From Vampirovibrionaceae bacterium NZW_1234 (lineage in GTDB: Bacteria; Cyanobacteriota; Vampirovibrionia; Vampirovibrionales; JAGQHJ01), in assembly GCA_041697335.1 (NCBI GenBank), contig JBGUGD010000030.1:160001-224000 (forward strand): a stretch of DNA of 64,000 nt, in the 5' to 3' direction. Position numbers and translations under genes: made by a program. The notes under the pieces are model-generated. The model was not told the origin of the DNA and ran no database searches. It saw only the letters and a program-made list of their open reading frames with translations. How positions within the stretch are numbered: position 1 is the stretch's first letter; each line of letters opens with the position of its first letter. Shown piece by piece: positions 1-9,078 of this stretch.

Positions 1-87
1 GGTGAGGTAAAGCCGGTTGTAGACGCGACAACAGTCAAACATCAGGCTGATAAAGGGACGTTTGAACCCCGGTTGTGTTGATGTCAT
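1..87 (-). CDS. 5' end of a small Cys-containing hypothetical protein (truncated by window edge)
   Basis: ATG at 87 overlaps the upstream gene's TGA (ATGA coupling); manual translation MTSTQPGFKRPFISLMFDCCRVYNRLYLT is open to position 1. Confidence 0.55.
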   Translation of the reverse strand, partial: MTSTQPGFKRPFISLMFDCCRVYNRLYLT

Positions 88-1568
88 CGATTGTAGTCCC
101 CAGGATTGTTAGTGCCTAAGATTTCATAGTCAATGGACGGCGGGGGTGTCATATGGCGGACAACCAAAGAGCTGCTGACTTGGGCCCCCCCATGGACCGT
201 GGGTGAGTTGACAATCTTGCCTTTGACCACCATCTGGGTAGAGCTGCCGCCGTCAAAATTCATGGCCTCCACGGCTCCCAAGTTCTTCATGATATGCGCC
301 ATCTCGGATAAGGTGACGCCCACGGACTTGTTCTGACGGCCATCGACGGTCACCATCAAGAGTTTTCCCGTTTTGGTGTAGCCCACCGCGGTGCGCGGCG
401 CTGCTTTGGTAAATGCGCCCATGCGAAAAGACTGTTCTTTTAGATCCACGTAAACCTGGCCGTTGCGAACAAGATAGGGGCCCCCACTAACCGCATAGAC
501 CACGTTGGACCAGTCGGGTGTGGTGAAGAGGTTAATGTTGGCAGGATCGCCGACTTTGAGGCTGTCTGTCAATGCCGACTGAGGACCGATGATGACAAAG
601 CCATCAGTGGGAATACTCATTCGATCCGTGGAAATGGCGGCAATACGATTGTTGATAATCTGGATCTGGACGCCATCCTTGGAGGTGGGTGGGGCCTGGT
701 TACCCCAGTATGGAGAATACAGGATGTATTGCTCCTTGTTGACCCGGGGTTGGTTGACGGTATGAAGGCTTAACGTTGTTTGCTGCGACGTGAGCTTGCC
801 TTTGAGACTGACTCGAGCCATCTTAAGCTCTTTGTCTCCGGTTAGGCCCAGGCTGACCCGGTTGTATAAGGGGCCCGTAATCAGTTCCTTGTTGCGGATG
901 ACCGTGCCCAGAACGGTGCCTTTATCGGGCTTAAAAAACGAGGCGTTGATACCGGCCACCGCTCCGGCCCGATTGACCATTTGCGTGACCCGAGCTTTGC
1001 TGTGAATTTTATCCCCGGCCAAGACCGGTTCGACCACGATGGCCGGATCCTTCATATCCACCTCCAGCACATGAATGCTGATGGGCCCATGGCCCGAGGA
1101 TTTGACGATATGCTGATGCATCACGCCAGGAGCAATGGCTTGCTGGCGGTTGGTCTGATACTGATCCGGAATGCTGATCAGCAACCGGTTGGGATTTTGC
1201 AGGGGGGTGACTTTGAGCCCGCCTCGGCCCTGGTGTTTCAAAAAGACTTGAATTTTGTTGCCTTGGGCTTCCCAGTAGACGCTGTTGAGGTTGCGGTTGC
1301 CCGTGACCGGCAGGCTTTGGGTGGTGAGCGTGGGGCTGAGCTTGCCTTCAAACTGCAAGGTGGTCAGGCTGTCGGAATGTTGTTGTACGCTATAGCCTTT
1401 GGGATCGGCACTCAAGTCCAGAACCACATCCACCCGATTGGGTTGGGGAATGAGACGGACTTTGGTCAGGTCGGCCGCAGCATCGGCACGCAGGGTCAAG
1501 ACCCCCAGAAAAAGAGCCAAGCCCACTTTATGAAACACTTTCCATTGCTTGAGATTCAACACGTTCAC
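84..1568 (-). CDS. Exported phosphodiester glycosidase (NAGPA/DUF2233-like) with N-terminal AMIN-like domain
   Basis: Signal peptide; motifs AGINASFF, SGGPYLV, APRTAVG, VTVDGR, AMNFDGGSST; GTG start at 1568 follows GGAG (ORF track starts at 1610). Confidence 0.85.
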   Translation of the reverse strand: MNVLNLKQWKVFHKVGLALFLGVLTLRADAAADLTKVRLIPQPNRVDVVLDLSADPKGYSVQQHSDSLTTLQFEGKLSPTLTTQSLPVTGNRNLNSVYWEAQGNKIQVFLKHQGRGGLKVTPLQNPNRLLISIPDQYQTNRQQAIAPGVMHQHIVKSSGHGPISIHVLEVDMKDPAIVVEPVLAGDKIHSKARVTQMVNRAGAVAGINASFFKPDKGTVLGTVIRNKELITGPLYNRVSLGLTGDKELKMARVSLKGKLTSQQTTLSLHTVNQPRVNKEQYILYSPYWGNQAPPTSKDGVQIQIINNRIAAISTDRMSIPTDGFVIIGPQSALTDSLKVGDPANINLFTTPDWSNVVYAVSGGPYLVRNGQVYVDLKEQSFRMGAFTKAAPRTAVGYTKTGKLLMVTVDGRQNKSVGVTLSEMAHIMKNLGAVEAMNFDGGSSTQMVVKGKIVNSPTVHGGAQVSSSLVVRHMTPPPSIDYEILGTNNPGDYNR

Positions 1569-2015
1569 GTCATCACTCCCATTGGACCACGCCTCTTTAC
1601 ATGTAAACATCGATTCCCCGAAACCGGCTGAGCTGTTTAGAGGATTCCCTGGAAAGTTTCCTCAACCGCGCCGAGCTTCCGCTGGATTATACCCTCCAAG
1701 TGAATGGTATCCTTGTGGGATATCATTTGCTGTTTTGATAGTTACTATATTCATTATAGGAAATTTTTCGGTTCCGGTTTGGTTTTTTCTAAAATGTTTA
1801 GAGTCTTACGGCGGTTATCGGCAACAAATGGGACTTTCTGAAGGGTGTTTTTATAAAATGACCGTTATTTGTGAGGTTTGTTCCCCGGTGTGAGATGAAA
1901 ATAAACAAGGAACCCTCTCGGGATGACAGGCCAACTTGATAGGGTATCATAGGCATAGATGGGCCTGATCGGCCTTCGGTCGAATCGGGTGTGTCGCAAC
2001 TAGGAGGATGTCCTC

Positions 2016-3377
2016 ATGGAGACCCAACTTCAGCCAGCACATCGGATTTTGATTCTGGGCGGTGGCTTTGCCGGGATTAATGCCATGATGACGTTGGAAA
2101 AGCTCTTAAAACACCGGCGCGATGTGGAAATAACCCTGGTGAGTGAAGAGAACTTTTTTCTGTTCACCCCCATGCTGTCGGAAGTGGCCATTGGGGCCGT
2201 GGATCCTCGCCATATTCTGACGCCCATTCGACAGCTGTGCCATCAAACCCGCTTTTATCGGGGCAAGGTGATGAGCATGGACTTTGCCTCCAAAAGTGTT
2301 GAGATCTTGCGCCGTGACCGGCCTGACGAGCCTCACGAGATTTTGAAGTATGATGACCTGATTCTGGCTTTGGGCAGTACCTCAAATCGCATGCTGGTTC
2401 CCGGGGTGTTTCAACATGCCTTTGACTTTAAAGACATCGGTGATGCCATTGCCATTCGCAATCATATTTTGGACATGTTTGAATGTGCCGAATCGGCCAT
2501 GGATACAGCCCAAAAACGGGCCTTTTTGACTTTTACCATTATTGGGGGCGGATACTCCGGGGCTGAATTGGCAGCGGCCATACGGGAATTGGCGCTTCGG
2601 ATTGTGCCCCTGTACCCCTCGATTTCAGTCGACGACATTCGCGTGTTGATCATTGAGGCCCAGAACCGGATCTTGTCCGCGTTGCCCGAAGATCTGTCGG
2701 AGGATGCCCATAAGACCCTGGAAGCCATGGGGGTTGAGGTGTATCTCAATACCCGGGCCCAGGAGGTGGGATCCACGTGGCTGGAGTTGCATACGGGCGT
2801 TCGGATTCCGGCTCATACGGTGGTGTGGACTACCGGCATTGTGGTGCTCCCCTTGATGTGTGGCCTGCCTGTGGATAAGGATTCCAAAGGCCGGCCCGTC
2901 TGTGGTGCGGATCTTCGCTTTGAAGGGTATGACTCGGTTTGGGCCATTGGGGATAACGTCTTGACGCCCCGGCCTGAAGGCGAAGGGTATTTCCCGGCAA
3001 CCGCCCAGATTGCCGTTCGCCAGGGCCAACATGTGGCTCGTAATCTGGTTCGGGTGTTGCAGGGACAACCAACGGTGCCCTTTGCCTATGAACCCAAGGG
3101 GGAAATGGTGGTCCTGGGGGAACGATCGGCCGTGGCTGTGATTATGGGGCGGAAACTGACGGGATTCCCTGCTTGGTTGTTGTGGCGGCTGTTCTATCTG
3201 TCTCGTCTGCCCACGTGGAAGAAGAAATTGCGCGTGGGGGTGGATTGGCTTCTCAATATTTTCGGGCCTTTGGAGACCACCCAATTAAAATCCTACTTCG
3301 ACGATCAGCCCGGGACCCGATCTCCTGAGATGAGCCCCATCCCCATGATGTCGAAGCCCCCATCCCGAGGGACATAG
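2016..3377 (+). CDS. ndh: Type II NADH dehydrogenase-like FAD-dependent oxidoreductase
   Basis: ILGGGFAG FAD motif, LFTPML, second Rossmann motif IIGGGYSGAE, WAIGD, PATAQIA; AGGAGG RBS. Confidence 0.85.
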   Translation: METQLQPAHRILILGGGFAGINAMMTLEKLLKHRRDVEITLVSEENFFLFTPMLSEVAIGAVDPRHILTPIRQLCHQTRFYRGKVMSMDFASKSVEILRRDRPDEPHEILKYDDLILALGSTSNRMLVPGVFQHAFDFKDIGDAIAIRNHILDMFECAESAMDTAQKRAFLTFTIIGGGYSGAELAAAIRELALRIVPLYPSISVDDIRVLIIEAQNRILSALPEDLSEDAHKTLEAMGVEVYLNTRAQEVGSTWLELHTGVRIPAHTVVWTTGIVVLPLMCGLPVDKDSKGRPVCGADLRFEGYDSVWAIGDNVLTPRPEGEGYFPATAQIAVRQGQHVARNLVRVLQGQPTVPFAYEPKGEMVVLGERSAVAVIMGRKLTGFPAWLLWRLFYLSRLPTWKKKLRVGVDWLLNIFGPLETTQLKSYFDDQPGTRSPEMSPIPMMSKPPSRGT

Positions 3378-3589
3378 CCGGGCTGCTCAAAGATCGAGAG
3401 TGTGGGTCGTCGGCACCTTGATGTTATTTGGCCTGTTGTTCTTTTTGAGCGGAGGAGCGAAATGTCGGCCCAAGGGGCACCCTTGAAAAAATCCTCCCTA
3501 AAAAAACTTACGAAATTTTAAATCCTGTGTTACCATCAAAACAGTAAGTTCTGGAGTGTCAAGTAATAGAGAGAGTTGGGTAATACACC

Positions 3590-4003
3590 GTGACATATTC
3601 ACACAGCGCGGCGGTTCAGCAGGAACCGAAACACCTTTCCGATGTTACCTACCTATCCCCACTTTCCCAGCATGTGGTACGTTTGCCGCAGCAGAAGACC
3701 GGTCTATCTCCGGTTCAGAAGCTGGGATACGGACTCTTGACGATTGCCTTTGCCTTTGGCCTCGCACAAGCGCTGCGCTGTGGCATTGCCAGCGGAATTA
3801 AGCTGGAACGCCTCGCTGCACAATTGTCGATGCTGGAGCAAGTGCATCAGCAAGCCCAAGTGGAGCAGGCCCGGTTGCAGGATAAAATTTCCCTGTACAG
3901 TTCCCCCATTGGTATTGAAGAAATGGCACGGGAACGGTTGGGGATGGTTGCCGACGATGAGGTTCTGGTTCGGCTTTATCCCGTTTCAGTGGCCCAGCGA
4001 TAG
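3590..4003 (+). CDS. Septum formation initiator (FtsB/DivIC family)
   Basis: One TM helix, coiled coil, C-terminal IEEMARERLGMV motif. Confidence 0.75.
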   Translation: MTYSHSAAVQQEPKHLSDVTYLSPLSQHVVRLPQQKTGLSPVQKLGYGLLTIAFAFGLAQALRCGIASGIKLERLAAQLSMLEQVHQQAQVEQARLQDKISLYSSPIGIEEMARERLGMVADDEVLVRLYPVSVAQR

Positions 4004-4070
4004 GCAGAGATTCTTCTCCAAAGGGGTATAATCGAGAGAATCGTGTGTTCGGCGGAATGCCAAGTTAACT

Positions 4071-4106
4071 GAAAAAGCCCTTGTTAATCTGGACAAGGGC
4101 TTTTTC
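4071..4106. terminator. Bidirectional intrinsic terminator
   Basis: gaaaaagcccttgt-N8-acaagggctttttc inverted repeat with A and T tracts between convergent genes. Confidence 0.75.
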
Positions 4107-4143
4107 TCAAGCACAGATACGAGAAACAGATTTCCCCCCGCAC

Positions 4144-4779
4144 TTACTGGATTCGATGGTTGTTCACCCGAAAGGTAACCGGCTCAATTTCTTTGCCATA
4201 AAGCTTCAGGGTGAATTCATCCAACGGGGCAATGTCATCGTATTTGAAATGATAAGTATTGATTGCCGAATAGGGCAGAATGGCCGCCGACTTGTCCTCA
4301 TCGGCCAGGTATTGGGGAATGGATTTAGTGGGATAGATGGTTCGATTGCGGCCGTTGCCCACGCCTTCAATAACGGCATAGTACTTTTTGGCAAAGTCGG
4401 AGCTGTTGCCATAGAGGGAGACAATAAATTTAACGCTCGGGTGGAGGTAAATATAGTCAATGTCCTGGACAATGGCTTTGCGGGTTTTGCTGACTGCTTC
4501 CGGACTTGCCACGGAGCCTTTGAACTTGCGCTTAGACGCGGTGCGGGCAATGTCCATGTAGGGGGTGTAAATGTTCAGCAATGCCCCGTTTTGCCCCTCA
4601 ATCCAGTTGCTGCCCAGGAATGTGCTGCGAGGCAGGCCCCGGTTTTCCATGCCGTATTTAACTGCTTCGCTGATGGTGCGATCGGTCAGCTTGACCATGC
4701 CGTATGCAGGCCATGGGCCGATGACGGTGATAACGAGACTCAGCAAAAGCAAAAACGGGATAAAAGGGCGGTGTGTCAT
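4144..4779 (-). CDS. Exported hypothetical protein
   Basis: Likely start MTHRPF at 4779; signal peptide ending AYG; no recognised domain. Confidence 0.7.
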   Translation of the reverse strand: MTHRPFIPFLLLLSLVITVIGPWPAYGMVKLTDRTISEAVKYGMENRGLPRSTFLGSNWIEGQNGALLNIYTPYMDIARTASKRKFKGSVASPEAVSKTRKAIVQDIDYIYLHPSVKFIVSLYGNSSDFAKKYYAVIEGVGNGRNRTIYPTKSIPQYLADEDKSAAILPYSAINTYHFKYDDIAPLDEFTLKLYGKEIEPVTFRVNNHRIQ

Positions 4780-4912
4780 GAAACGATCCTCGGCTTGGGG
4801 TTTATATCGTGACGGAGATGGGCATGATTTACCAGAGGCTTGGTTTATTTTATTGTAGAACAAGGATACCCGAAAGACGACTCGGGCCAGAAAGACAATA
4901 AGGGATTACATC

Positions 4913-6163
4913 ATGGGAAAACGTGTGTTTGTGGTTGTTATTGACGCCCTGGGTGTTGGCGCATTACCGGATGCACCGGCTTTTAACGATGCCATGACGG
5001 TCAATACCCTGGGCAACATTGATGCCAATGTGTCTTCTTTTTCGCTCCCTACCATGGCCTCTCTGGGGCTTGGGTACATTACCCCGATGCGCCACATTGA
5101 AGCCGTGGCTTCTCCTAAGGGGTTTTATGGCAAGATGGCCGAGTACTCCCAAGGCAAGGATACGACTACCGGCCATTGGGAGATGATGGGTATTTACCTG
5201 GAAAAGCCGTTTCGTGTGTACCCGGACGGGTTTCCGCCTGAAATTATTAACGCGTTTATTGAGCGCACAGGCTGTGGGCAGGTTCTGGGCAATATCCCAG
5301 CCTCGGGGACTGCCATTTTAGACCAGTTGGGGCCGGAGCATCTGGCCACGGGCTATCCCATTGTGTATACCAGCGCGGACAGCGTGTTTCAAATTGCGGC
5401 CCATGTGGAGAAAGTCCCGCTTGCAACCTTGTATCGCTGGTGCGAAGTGGCTCGGGAATTATTGCAAGGCGAGCATGAAGTCTCTCGTGTGATTGCTCGG
5501 CCCTTTATGGGCACCCCTGGCAAGTTTGAACGCTTGGGTGGCGATCGCAGAGACTACGCTGTTCCGCCACCGCCGGGCAGTTGTCTGGATGCCATTAAAC
5601 AAGCTCACGGTGTTGTTCTGGCTGTGGGTAAGATTGAAGATATCTTCTGCCAGGTGGGGGTCACCCATGCCATCCATACCAAGGGGAATACTCACGGGCT
5701 AGAGGTTTTGGGACAGATTGTCCGTAACGAGTTGCCCTTGGAACCGCTAAACATCACGGATCAGCCGCCGTCTGCCTTTGATGCCAACCGTCAATTCGTC
5801 TTTGTCAACTTGGTTGATACGGATATGAAATACGGTCATCGCCGGGATGTGGAAGGCTACGCCCGTGCCCTGGAAGAAATCGATGCGGCCTTCGGTCGCC
5901 TGCTTCCCTTACTTGGGCCTGACGATTTACTAATGATTACGGGTGATCATGGCTGTGACCCGACCGCACCGGGCTCAGATCACACCCGGGAGTACATTCC
6001 CATTGTGATGTATTCGCCTGCCTTATCCGGTGGGAATGTTGGGACTCGTCAGAGTTTTGCCGACATCGGTCAAACGGTGTTGCATTGGTTAGGTTTGTCC
6101 AACACCGCTGTGCCCGGAGTATCGATGCTGACCGATGTGGGTCAACCTGTGCCTTCTGCCTAA
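4913..6163 (+). CDS. deoB: Phosphopentomutase
   Basis: VVIDALGVG, GKDTTTGHWE, YTSADSVFQ, RVIARPF, NLVDTD..YGHRRD, GDHGCDPT, DHTRE. Confidence 0.95.
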   Translation: MGKRVFVVVIDALGVGALPDAPAFNDAMTVNTLGNIDANVSSFSLPTMASLGLGYITPMRHIEAVASPKGFYGKMAEYSQGKDTTTGHWEMMGIYLEKPFRVYPDGFPPEIINAFIERTGCGQVLGNIPASGTAILDQLGPEHLATGYPIVYTSADSVFQIAAHVEKVPLATLYRWCEVARELLQGEHEVSRVIARPFMGTPGKFERLGGDRRDYAVPPPPGSCLDAIKQAHGVVLAVGKIEDIFCQVGVTHAIHTKGNTHGLEVLGQIVRNELPLEPLNITDQPPSAFDANRQFVFVNLVDTDMKYGHRRDVEGYARALEEIDAAFGRLLPLLGPDDLLMITGDHGCDPTAPGSDHTREYIPIVMYSPALSGGNVGTRQSFADIGQTVLHWLGLSNTAVPGVSMLTDVGQPVPSA

Positions 6164-6180
6164 AATTGGCTTACACGGCT

Positions 6181-7644
6181 TTAATGAGAAAAGCTAATAT
6201 TGCTGTGATAATGAATTGCCCGCTCTGGGGTGTTTATCGCAGCCGGTTTTTGTCCGTCCTGCATAATGTCATAGATGACCCATTCAATGGGTGTGCGTTT
6301 GCCTTCTGCCGGATGCGTGGCATCGGATACGCCATAGGGCATTAAGATGTGAGACAAAGCGCCATAGTCGATGTGATTGGCTTCAGGAAAGATACGGGTT
6401 TTATAGGCATTGGAGGCTTGGACGAAGCCCTCCAGATCCAGATTGTATGGTGTTTCTCGCGGGGGTAGAAACAAGGCACTGCTCAGGGGAATCGCACCAT
6501 CGTTGTAGCGAAACAGATTTATAAACTCCCCTTCCGGCTTTTCGGCTGTCCGAGATGGCAGTTCGGCAAGCTGGCGATTGGTGTAGCGCATGACACTGTT
6601 GGGAGAATAAATATAATTGGGCAACACTGTTCCAATGACCCTGCCGGGCAATTTGATAAGATCAGCAGGGGTGGGGAGGGGAAGGCTGTTTTTGGCTTCT
6701 TTGGGGCGGGTGTAGTTGTTTTCCAGATAGCTGGCATGGATGATGAGTTTGGTTTTATAGGCACGAATGTATTCCTGCTCTTCTGCAGTGTAAGGTTTCC
6801 AAGGGGATTCAATCTTTCGTTTTCCTTTGGCGTAAGTGAGAGGATGGGATTGATCAAAATCATTCCAACGCAGTTGCTCGATAAGATTACCCTTATGGGC
6901 CATATAATACTGATAAAGGGCTTTTTCCATTACTTTGCGAATGGGTGAGGGGTTGGGTGGCCGCAAGTGGTTGACATACCAGTTACGCGAGAACAAAGGT
7001 GAGCCGTGAAAGGGGACGGCAATGGCAAAGACCTTGTCGACCCGGTTGAAAATGGCCGGATCCTGCATGACATCATACCCAATCAGTCCTCCCAGGCTGT
7101 ACGTCACTAAGATGTATTTTTGTTCCGGGGGCAGGTTGGCAAAATGCTTGTTCAGTTCTCTCAGAAAATCCTGGCTCAGCCGACCCCGCTTTTCCGTGGA
7201 GTCGTAGAGATACAGGTAGAGTTTGTACTTTTCTTTGAAGGAGGGTGTTTGGTTGGCAACGACATTGAATTTCTTCCACCAGACACCAAACTGGTACTCT
7301 TCGGCCCGACCCGGAACCAGAATAACCGGGGTTCGGGTTCCCAAGGGGGAAGTGTCAAAGGCATACATGTAATCGTATTGCTTTAAAAAGAAGCGGGTAA
7401 AGCGGTTTGGCACGGTTTGCTCTTTTTTGACCCGAGAATGAATACTGTTCGCCTTGGTTTGGGGTTCTTCGAGAACCTCTTCGGCACATGTGTAAGCAAG
7501 GTTACTGACGAGAAACGATCCCATCACCAACAAGGTGACCAAGACGGGGCCAGAGAATTTTGTGAAAAACTGAAGGCATCGTTGCCACATCAGCGTGCGA
7601 GGGGAAAACGGCATAAGGATGAGACTCGAAAAGGGGTACAGCAA
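6181..7644 (-). CDS. Exported or membrane-anchored alpha/beta hydrolase (lipase/PGAP1-like)
   Basis: PVILVPG, nucleophile elbow VTYSLGG, AVPFHGSP, NDGAIP, NHID; N-terminal hydrophobic segment; start uncertain. Confidence 0.7.
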   Translation of the reverse strand: MLYPFSSLILMPFSPRTLMWQRCLQFFTKFSGPVLVTLLVMGSFLVSNLAYTCAEEVLEEPQTKANSIHSRVKKEQTVPNRFTRFFLKQYDYMYAFDTSPLGTRTPVILVPGRAEEYQFGVWWKKFNVVANQTPSFKEKYKLYLYLYDSTEKRGRLSQDFLRELNKHFANLPPEQKYILVTYSLGGLIGYDVMQDPAIFNRVDKVFAIAVPFHGSPLFSRNWYVNHLRPPNPSPIRKVMEKALYQYYMAHKGNLIEQLRWNDFDQSHPLTYAKGKRKIESPWKPYTAEEQEYIRAYKTKLIIHASYLENNYTRPKEAKNSLPLPTPADLIKLPGRVIGTVLPNYIYSPNSVMRYTNRQLAELPSRTAEKPEGEFINLFRYNDGAIPLSSALFLPPRETPYNLDLEGFVQASNAYKTRIFPEANHIDYGALSHILMPYGVSDATHPAEGKRTPIEWVIYDIMQDGQKPAAINTPERAIHYHSNISFSH

Positions 7645-7713
7645 ATTGGAGCAATGTTTCTTGATTTTAGCGTGGATTACTGGAGAGCGGAGACTGCGTT
7701 TGACGTATCTTTT

Positions 7714-8997
7714 CTAGAAAGCCGCCTCATGGTGGTGAGAAAACTGCTCGAGACGGGCTTGGGGAAGCAGGGTTTGGTAGAGATCATCTAATTGGTGGAT
7801 TTGTGTTTGAATATCAAAATTTGCCTGGACCTGGGCCTGACAAGCCGCATGCATGCGGCCCAGATTCATGCGCTGGTCATAAATATGGGTCAGGCATTCG
7901 GCCAGAGCTCTAGGGTTGTTCGGCTCGTAGAAAAACCCGTGGATCCGGTCCTCAATGATTTCAGGATACGGGCCACTCCGGGGCACGACAACAGGGATGC
8001 CCCGCAGGAGGCTTTCTAAGACAGTTCGGCCAAAGGCTTCGTTAGAGGAGGGCATCAGCAGTACGTCCTGATGACGATAACATGTATCGATGTCTTCTGT
8101 GTAAGGGGTGAGATCAACGACGTTAAAGAGGTCATGGCGTTCCAGGGTCTCACGAATATGCCGTTCAAAGCGCGGGTCAATAAAGTGCCCATACGCCTGA
8201 AGGCGAAACGGCATGGACGCTCCCCACTGGGCTTTGAGTATGGCCATGGCGTCAATCACATCTTGAAAGCGTTTGCCATCACTCAATCGTCCCAGATACA
8301 GCAGGTGTAGCGGTTGATTTTCATCTTTGGCCGGTCGAGGTGGCCATTGGGGTATGGGCTCCAAATCAATGGCATTGGGCAGGATCCGGTAACGTTGGGG
8401 GGTATTCTGGGTATAAGGGGTAAACTGCTGATAAACATAGTCCGAAATACACAACACCTTCGCTGAAAAGGCATGTACGATGGCTTTGGTGATGTTGGCT
8501 CCTAAGGTTAGTTGAAACCGATGTGATTGGGCGTTAAACATTTCGCGAATGTGCCATACATGAGGGACTCCGGCCATATGGGCTGCCAAAGCACCTTCCA
8601 AGGAAATCAAGGAGTTGGTGTGAACGATATCAATACGGTGCTGGCGAATGAGCTGAACCAACGACAGAATGCGTCCTGAGTTTATCAACAATGCCCCCAC
8701 GTCACCCAGGCGCTGCAGGAGATTACGACGCGTATGCTTGGCACTGGGGAGCCGGGAATGAGAGAGAACGGTGACGCCAGGCAGGGCTTCCAACAGAGTG
8801 CGAAGTGGCCCGTCCTTGGCCATGGAGACGTAAACGTGATAGCGCTCCTTGGGCAATTGCTCGGCCATCAAGAGCAGGCTTTTCTGGGAGCCAAACACGG
8901 CCCCATCATGGCAGAGAAAGAGGACGCGGATTTTTGAGTTGGGTGAGGCAGGGGCCGAAGCAGTAGGCATGGTCGAGCGGCGAGGGAGGGTTCTCAT
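7714..8997 (-). CDS. Glycosyltransferase family 4
   Basis: FGSQKS, DIVHTNS, PHVWHIRE, LGRLS..K, EAFGRTVLE, GIPVV. Confidence 0.9.
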   Translation of the reverse strand: MRTLPRRSTMPTASAPASPNSKIRVLFLCHDGAVFGSQKSLLLMAEQLPKERYHVYVSMAKDGPLRTLLEALPGVTVLSHSRLPSAKHTRRNLLQRLGDVGALLINSGRILSLVQLIRQHRIDIVHTNSLISLEGALAAHMAGVPHVWHIREMFNAQSHRFQLTLGANITKAIVHAFSAKVLCISDYVYQQFTPYTQNTPQRYRILPNAIDLEPIPQWPPRPAKDENQPLHLLYLGRLSDGKRFQDVIDAMAILKAQWGASMPFRLQAYGHFIDPRFERHIRETLERHDLFNVVDLTPYTEDIDTCYRHQDVLLMPSSNEAFGRTVLESLLRGIPVVVPRSGPYPEIIEDRIHGFFYEPNNPRALAECLTHIYDQRMNLGRMHAACQAQVQANFDIQTQIHQLDDLYQTLLPQARLEQFSHHHEAAF

Positions 8998-9078
8998 GCG
9001 ACTCCAAATATTACTGATGTCTCAGTTTGTCTTCACGTTGTACCGTAACGCAAAAACCCAGCCCAAGCAATGTGGCGA